Assembly: GCF_009914755.1 (NCBI RefSeq)
Contig: NC_060948.1
DNA: 64,000 bases
Source: the human T2T-CHM13v2.0 reference genome, Homo sapiens
Direction: 5' to 3' (one strand)
The notes under the pieces are model-generated. The model had not been told where the DNA came from. It ran no database searches and saw only the letters and a list, made by a program, of their open reading frames with translations. A program made the position numbers and the translations under genes. Below are positions 57,195-64,000 of the stretch, one piece after another; the stretch's first letter is position 1; the number at the start of each line of letters is the position of its first letter.

Positions 57195-60100
57195 AGTGTT
57201 ATGGAACGGACTCAAAAGGAATTGAATGTAATAGAATGGAGTGGAGTGGACTCGAATATAATGGACTGGAATGGAATGAAATCACATGGAATGGGAACGA
57301 ATGGAATGGAATGGAAAGGAATGGAATCGAATGGAAAGGAATCGAATGGAAGGGAATGAAATTGAATCAACACGAATGGAAGGGAATAGAATAGACTGTA
57401 ATGGAATGGACTCGAATAGAATGGACACGAATGCTCAAATTAAATGGACTCGAATGGAATGGAAACGAAAGGAATGTCATCGAATGGAATTGAATCGATT
57501 GGAATGAAATCGCATAGAATGGAGTGGAATCAAATGGAATTGAATCGAAAGGAAAGGAAGCGAATGGACTGAAATGAAATGGAATGGAATTGAATGGAAA
57601 GTAATGCAATGGAATAGAATGGAACGAAATTTCACGGAATGGAATCAAACTGAATGGAATCAAATCAATGGAATCAAATCAAATGGAATGGAAAGGAATT
57701 GAATGGAGTAGATGGGATTGGATGGGATTGGAATGAAATGTACTGGAAAGGACTCGAATTTCATGAAATGGAATGGAATGAATTGGAACGGAATGGACTC
57801 GAATGGAATGGAATGTCATGGGATGGCATCAAATGGAATGACATCAAATGGAATGGAATCGAATGCAATGGAATGCTATGGAATGGAATGGAATGCATTG
57901 GAATGGAATGTCCTCTAATGGAATGGATTCGAGTGGAATGGAATTGAATATAATGGAGTCGAATGAAATGGAATTGAAAGGAATGGGATCGAATACAATG
58001 GAATATACAGGAATGTAACGTAATGAACTCGAATGTAATTGACTGGAATGGAATGTACATGAATGGAATGTAATCGAATGGAAAGTAATCCAATGGAATA
58101 GAATCTAATGCAATAAAATCGACTCAGATAGAGTAGAATGTAATGGAATGGAGTGCAGTGCAATGGAATGGAATGGAATGGAATGCAATGGAATGGAATG
58201 GAATGGAATGGAATGGGATGGAATGGTATGGAATGGATAGTAATGGACTGGAGTGAAATGGACTGGAAAGGAATGGACTCAAATTGAAAGGGCTCGAAAG
58301 GAATGGAGTCAAATGGAATGGTCTGGAATGGAATGAACACGAATGTAATGCAACCCAATAGAATGGAATCGAATGGCATGGAATATAAAGAAATGGAATC
58401 GAAGAGAATGGAAACAAATGGAATGGAATTGAATGGAATGGAATTGAATGGAATGGGAACGAATGGAGTGAAATTGTATGCAGTAGAAGAGAATAGAATG
58501 GAATGCAAGCGAAAGGAAAGGAATGGATTGGAATGGAATGGAATTCATTGGAATGGAAGGGAATGTAGTGTAATGGACAGGCCTGGAATAAAGTGGAATG
58601 CTACGGTCTCGAATGGAATAAAAATGTATGGAATGGAATGCAATGAAACGGAATCGAATGTCATAGAATGTAATGGAATGCAAAAAAATGGAATCCAAAA
58701 TCATTGACTGGAAAGGCTGGGTGTCGAAAGGAATTGACTCCAATGGAATGGAATCGAATGGAATGGAAGTGAATAGAATCGAACTAAATCGAATGGAATG
58801 GAATTGATAGGAACGGAATGGAAAGGAATGCAATGATTTGGCATGGAATGGAATCGAATGGCATCGAATGGAATGGAATGGAATGCAATGGAATGGAATG
58901 TATTAGAATGTAATGAACTTTAATGGAATGTACTCGAATGGATTCGACTGGAATGGAATGTTCTGGAAGTGAATGGACTCCAATGGAATGGATTCAAAAG
59001 GAATGGAATCGTACGGAATGGAATCTAATGGAATGGAATTAAATGGAAATGAATCAAATTGAATAGCACGGAATTGAATTGAATGGAATGGAATGCAATG
59101 GAATCTAATGAAACGGAAAGGAAAGGAATGGAATGGAATGGAATGGGCTGGAATGGAAAGGAATCGAAACGAATGGAATGGAATCGAAGTGAAGAGACTG
59201 GAATGGAATGCACTGGAATGGAAGGGAGTGTAATGGAAGGTTCTCGAAAAAAATGGAATCGAATGGAATGGAATTGAATGGAACGGAATAGAGTCGAATG
59301 GAATTGAATGGAATGGAATGGACTAGAGTGAAATGGAATCGAACCACAAGGAATGGACAGGAATAGAATGGTCTCGAATTGAATGGAATCGTATGGAATG
59401 GCATCAAACGGAATGGAATGGACAGCCACGGAATGGAATGCACTCGAATGCAATGGAGTCGAAACTAATGGACTGGAATAGAATGGACTCGACTGGTACG
59501 GACTCCAATGGAATGGAATCGAATGGAAGGGAATCGAACGGAATGGAATCGAACGGAATGGACTCGAAGGGAAAAGACTGCAATGGAAAGGTCTCGAATG
59601 GAATGGAAATTAATGGAATGGAATGGAATCGAATGAAATGGAGTCAAAAGGAATGGAATCGAATGGCAAGAAATCGAATGTAATGGAATCGCCAGGAATT
59701 GATGTGAACGGAACGGAATGGAATGGAATCCAAAGGAATGGAATAGAATGGAATGGAATCGAATGGAAAGGACTCGAATGGAAATCACTCGAATAGAATG
59801 CAATTTAATAAAATAGGATCAAATGTAATGGAATGGAATGGAAAGGAATCGAAACGAAAGGAATGGAGACAGATGGAATGGAATGGAACAGAGAGCAATG
59901 GTATAGAATGGAATGGAATCATCTGGAATGGAATTGAATGGAATGGAATAATATGAAATGGAATGGAATGGAATGGAATGGAATGCCCTTGAATTAAATG
60001 GACTGGAATGGAATGGACTCAAACAGAGTGGAATGGAAAGTGTGGAGATAGAATGGAATGAACTCCTTTGGAATGGTGTAGTATGCAATGCAATCGACTG

Positions 60101-60758
60101 GCAGGGAATCAAAAGGAATGTAATCGAATGGATTGGACTGGAATGCAATGGACTCGAATAGATTGGAAACGGAATGCAAAGGAATGGAATGGAATAGTAT
60201 GGAATGCAATGGAAGGGAATGGAGTGGAATAGACTAGAGTGGAATGGAATGGACTGGAAAGCAATGGACTGGAATGGAACTTTCTTGGATGGACTGGAAT
60301 CAAACGGAATGGAATGCAGTGCAATCAAATGGCATGGAATAAAATAGAATGAAAGAGAATCAAATGGAATTGAATCGAATGGAATCGAATGGATTGGAAA
60401 GGAATAGAATGGAATGGAATGGAATTGACTCAAATGGAATGGACTAGAATGGAATGGATTCGAATGGAAGGCAAAGGAATGGAATCTATTGGAATGGACT
60501 GTAATGGAATGGAATGGAAGGGATTGGAATGGACTCGAATGGAATGGACTGCAATAGAAAGGATTCGAATGGAATGAAAAAGAATTGAATGGAATAGAAC
60601 AGAATGGAATCAAATCGAATGAAATGGAATGGAATAGAAAGGAATGGAATGAAATGGAATGGAAAGGATTCGAATGGAATGCAATCGAATGGAATGGAAT
60701 CGAACGGAATGGAATAAAATGGAAGAAAACTGGCAAGAAATGGAATCGAAATGAATGG
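57195..60758 (+). repeat. Unit 17 (3564 bp)
   Basis: Pure tract of 5 (58190-58214); length equals the classical 3564-bp DYZ1 unit. Confidence 0.92.
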
Positions 60759-63700
60759 AGTGTTATGGAACGGACTCAAAAGGAATTGAATGTAATAGAA
60801 TGGAGTGGAGTGGACTCGAATATAATGGACTGGAATGGAATGAAATCACATGGAATGGGAACGAATGGAATGGAATGGAAAGGAATGGAATCGAATGGAA
60901 AGGAATCGAATGGAAGGGAATGAAATTGAATCAACACGAATGGAAGGGAATAGAATAGACTGTAATGGAATGGACTCGAATAGAATGGACACGAATGCTC
61001 AAATTAAATGGACTCGAATGGAATGGAAACGAAAGGAATGTCATCGAATGGAATTGAATCGATTGGAATGAAATCGCATAGAATGGAGTGGAATCAAATG
61101 GAATTGAATCGAAAGGAAAGGAAGCGAATGGACTGAAATGAAATGGAATGGAATTGAATGGAAAGTAATGCAATGGAATAGAATGGAACGAAATTTCACG
61201 GAATGGAATCAAACTGAATGGAATCAAATCAATGGAATCAAATCAAATGGAATGGAAAGGAATTGAATGGAGTAGATTGGATTGGATGGGATTGGAATGA
61301 AATGTACTGGAAAGGACTCGAATTTCATGAAATGGAATGGAATGAATTGGAACGGAATGGACTCGAATGGAATGGAATGTCATGGGATGGCATCAAATGG
61401 AATGACATCAAATGGAATGGAATCGAATGCAATGGAATGCTATGGAATGGAATGGAATGCATTGGAATGGAATGTCCTCTAATGGAATGGATTCGAGTGG
61501 AATGGAATTGAATATAATGGAGTCGAATGAAATGGAATTGAAAGGAATGGGATCGAATACAATGGAATATACAGGAATGTAACGTAATGAACTCGAATGT
61601 AATTGACTGGAATGGAATGTACATGAATGGAATGTAATCGAATGGAAAGTAATCCAATGGAATAGAATCTAATGCAATAAAATCGACTCAGATAGAGTAG
61701 AATGTAATGGAATGGAGTGCAGTGCAATGGAATGGAATGGAATGGAATGCAATGGAATGGAATGGAATGGAATGGAATGGGATGGAATGGTATGGAATGG
61801 ATAGTAATGGACTGGAGTGAAATGGACTGGAAAGGAATGGACTCAAATTGAAAGGGCTCGAAAGGAATGGAGTCAAATGGAATGGTCTGGAATGGAATGA
61901 ACACGAATGTAATGCAACCCAATAGAATGGAATCGAATGGCATGGAATATAAAGAAATGGAATCGAAGAGAATGGAAACAAATGGAATGGAATTGAATGG
62001 AATGGAATTGAATGGAATGGGAACGAATGGAGTGAAATTGTATGCAGTAGAAGAGAATAGAATGGAATGCAAGCGAAAGGAAAGGAATGGATTGGAATGG
62101 AATGGAATTCATTGGAATGGAAGGGAATGTAGTGTAATGGACAGGCCTGGAATAAAGTGGAATGCTACGGTCTCGAATGGAATAAAAATGTATGGAATGG
62201 AATGCAATGAAACGGAATCGAATGTCATAGAATGTAATGGAATGCAAAAAAATGGAATCCAAAATCATTGACTGGAAAGGCTGGGTGTCGAAAGGAATTG
62301 ACTCCAATGGAATGGAATCGAATGGAATGGAAGTGAATAGAATCGAACTAAATCGAATGGAATGGAATTGATAGGAACGGAATGGAAAGGAATGCAATGA
62401 TTTGGCATGGAATGGAATCGAATGGCATCGAATGGAATGGAATGGAATGCATGGAATGGAATGTATTAGAATGTAATGAACTTTAATGGAATGTACTCGA
62501 ATGGATTCGACTGGAATGGAATGTTCTGGAAGTGAATGGACTCCAATGGAATGGATTCAAAAGGAATGGAATCGTACGGAATGGAATCTAATGGAATGGA
62601 ATTAAATGGAAATGAATCAAATTGAATAGCACGGAATTGAATTGAATGGAATGGAATGCAATGGAATCTAATGAAACGGAAAGGAAAGGAATGGAATGGA
62701 ATGGAATGGGCTGGAATGGAAAGGAATCGAAACGAATGGAATGGAATCGAAGTGAAGAGACTGGAATGGAATGCACTGGAATGGAAGGGAGTGTAATGGA
62801 AGGTTCTCGAAAAAAATGGAATCGAATGGAATGGAATTGAATGGAACGGAATAGAGTCGAATGGAATTGAATGGAATGGAATGGACTAGAGTGAAATGGA
62901 ATCGAACCACAAGGAATGGACAGGAATAGAATGGTCTCGAATTGAATGGAATCGTATGGAATGGCATCAAACGGAATGGAATGGACAGCCACGGAATGGA
63001 ATGCACTCGGATGCAATGGAGTCGAAACTAATGGACTGGAATAGAATGGACTCGACTGGTACGGACTCCAATGGAATGGAATCGAATGGAAGGGAATCGA
63101 ACGGAATGGAATCGAACGGAATGGACTCGAAGGGAAAAGACTGCAATGGAAAGGTCTCGAATGGAATGGAAATTAATGGAATGGAATGGAATCGAATGAA
63201 ATGGAGTCAAAAGGAATGGAATCGAATGGCAAGAAATCGAATGTAATGGAATCGCCAGGAATTGATGTGAACGGAACGGAATGGAATGGAATCCAAAGGA
63301 ATGGAATAGAATGGAATGGAATCGAATGGAAAGGACTCGAATGGAAATCACTCGAATAGAATGCAATTTAATAAAATAGGATCAAATGTAATGGAATGGA
63401 ATGGAAAGGAATCGAAACGAAAGGAATGGAGACAGATGGAATGGAATGGAACAGAGAGCAATGGTATAGAATGGAATGGAATCATCTGGAATGGAATTGA
63501 ATGGAATGGAATAATATGAAATGGAATGGAATGGAATGGAATGGAATGCCCTTGAATTAAATGGACTGGAATGGAATGGACTCAAACAGAGTGGAATGGA
63601 AAGTGTGGAGATAGAATGGAATGAACTCCTTTGGAATGGTGTAGTATGCAATGCAATCGACTGGCAGGGAGTCAAAAGGTATGTAATCGAATGGATTGGA

Positions 63701-64000
63701 CTGGAATGCAAAGGACTCGAATAGATTGGAAACGGAATGCAAAGGAATGGAATGGAATAGTATGGAATGCAATGGAAGGGAATGCAGTGGAATAGACTAG
63801 AGTGGAATGGAATGGACTGGAAAGCAATGGACTGGAATGGAACTTTCTTGGATGGACTGGAATCAAACGGAATGGAATGCAGTGCAATCAAATGGCATGG
63901 AATAAAATAGAATGAAAGAGAATCAAATGGAATTGAATCGAATGGAATCGAATGGATTGGAAAGGAATAGAATGGAATGGAATGGAATTGACTCAAATGG
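60759..64000 (+). repeat. Unit 18 (partial, cut by the window end)
   Basis: Pure tract of 5 like unit 17; 1-bp deletion at ~62451. Confidence 0.92.

Larger units (their letters stand above)
1..64000 (+). repeat. DYZ1: Human satellite 3 (HSat3) array, DYZ1 type (Yq12 heterochromatin), GGAAT strand on +
   Basis: Continuous degenerate GGAAT pentamers (variants CGAAT, TGAAT, GGACT, GCAAT) across the window. Landmarks recur every 3554-3589 bp (ORF-track start repeats at 92, 3646, 7200, 10769 ... 60850). One HaeIII GGCC per unit, and the reverse complement from that site reads CCTGTCCATTACACTACATTCCCTTCC, as I recall the DYZ1 3564-bp HaeIII unit beginning. HSat3 is certain; the DYZ1 assignment is from memory, not a search. 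Confidence 0.95.

Noticed and set aside
92-63887. Many plus-strand WNGME-type and other short ORFs
   Set aside because: Direct translation of GGAAT. They resemble the pentapeptide product described for (TGGAA)n expansions in SCA31, but nothing here indicates translation.
1-64000. CRISPR-like or other prokaryotic repeat system
   Set aside because: No conserved direct repeats with unique spacers and no cas or other genes; the repeats are contiguous satellite.
1-64000. Alu/L1 insertion, DYZ2 (HSat1B) block, HSat2 or inversion
   Set aside because: No non-pentamer segment, no AT-rich/Alu unit, no CATTCGATTC-dominated HSat2 pattern, and no switch to ATTCC on the + strand was seen.

Overview
The whole 64 kb is one uninterrupted, single-orientation array of human satellite 3 (HSat3): a degenerate (GGAAT)n pentamer with a purine-rich + strand, organised as a ~3.56 kb tandem unit. 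It has 17 complete copies (3554-3589 bp) plus one partial copy. Unit length, the single HaeIII/StuI site, the constant EcoRI site and the sequence around 1255-1408 match what I recall of DYZ1, the Y-specific satellite of Yq12 heterochromatin. All ORFs are low-complexity translation artefacts (WNGME / FHSIP). I saw no gene, RNA gene, transposon, DYZ2 block or inversion, and no new gene system can be supported. The real signal is (a) the array's internal history: a subfamily switch inside unit 3, two separate ~7.15 kb dimer duplications, a near-identical run of four units, conversion-like patches and one hypervariable pure pentamer tract; and (b) perfect heat-shock elements at fixed positions in each unit, gained or lost in particular unit lineages. 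Unit boundaries are phased arbitrarily to position 1. Variant calls were read by eye and need alignment to confirm.
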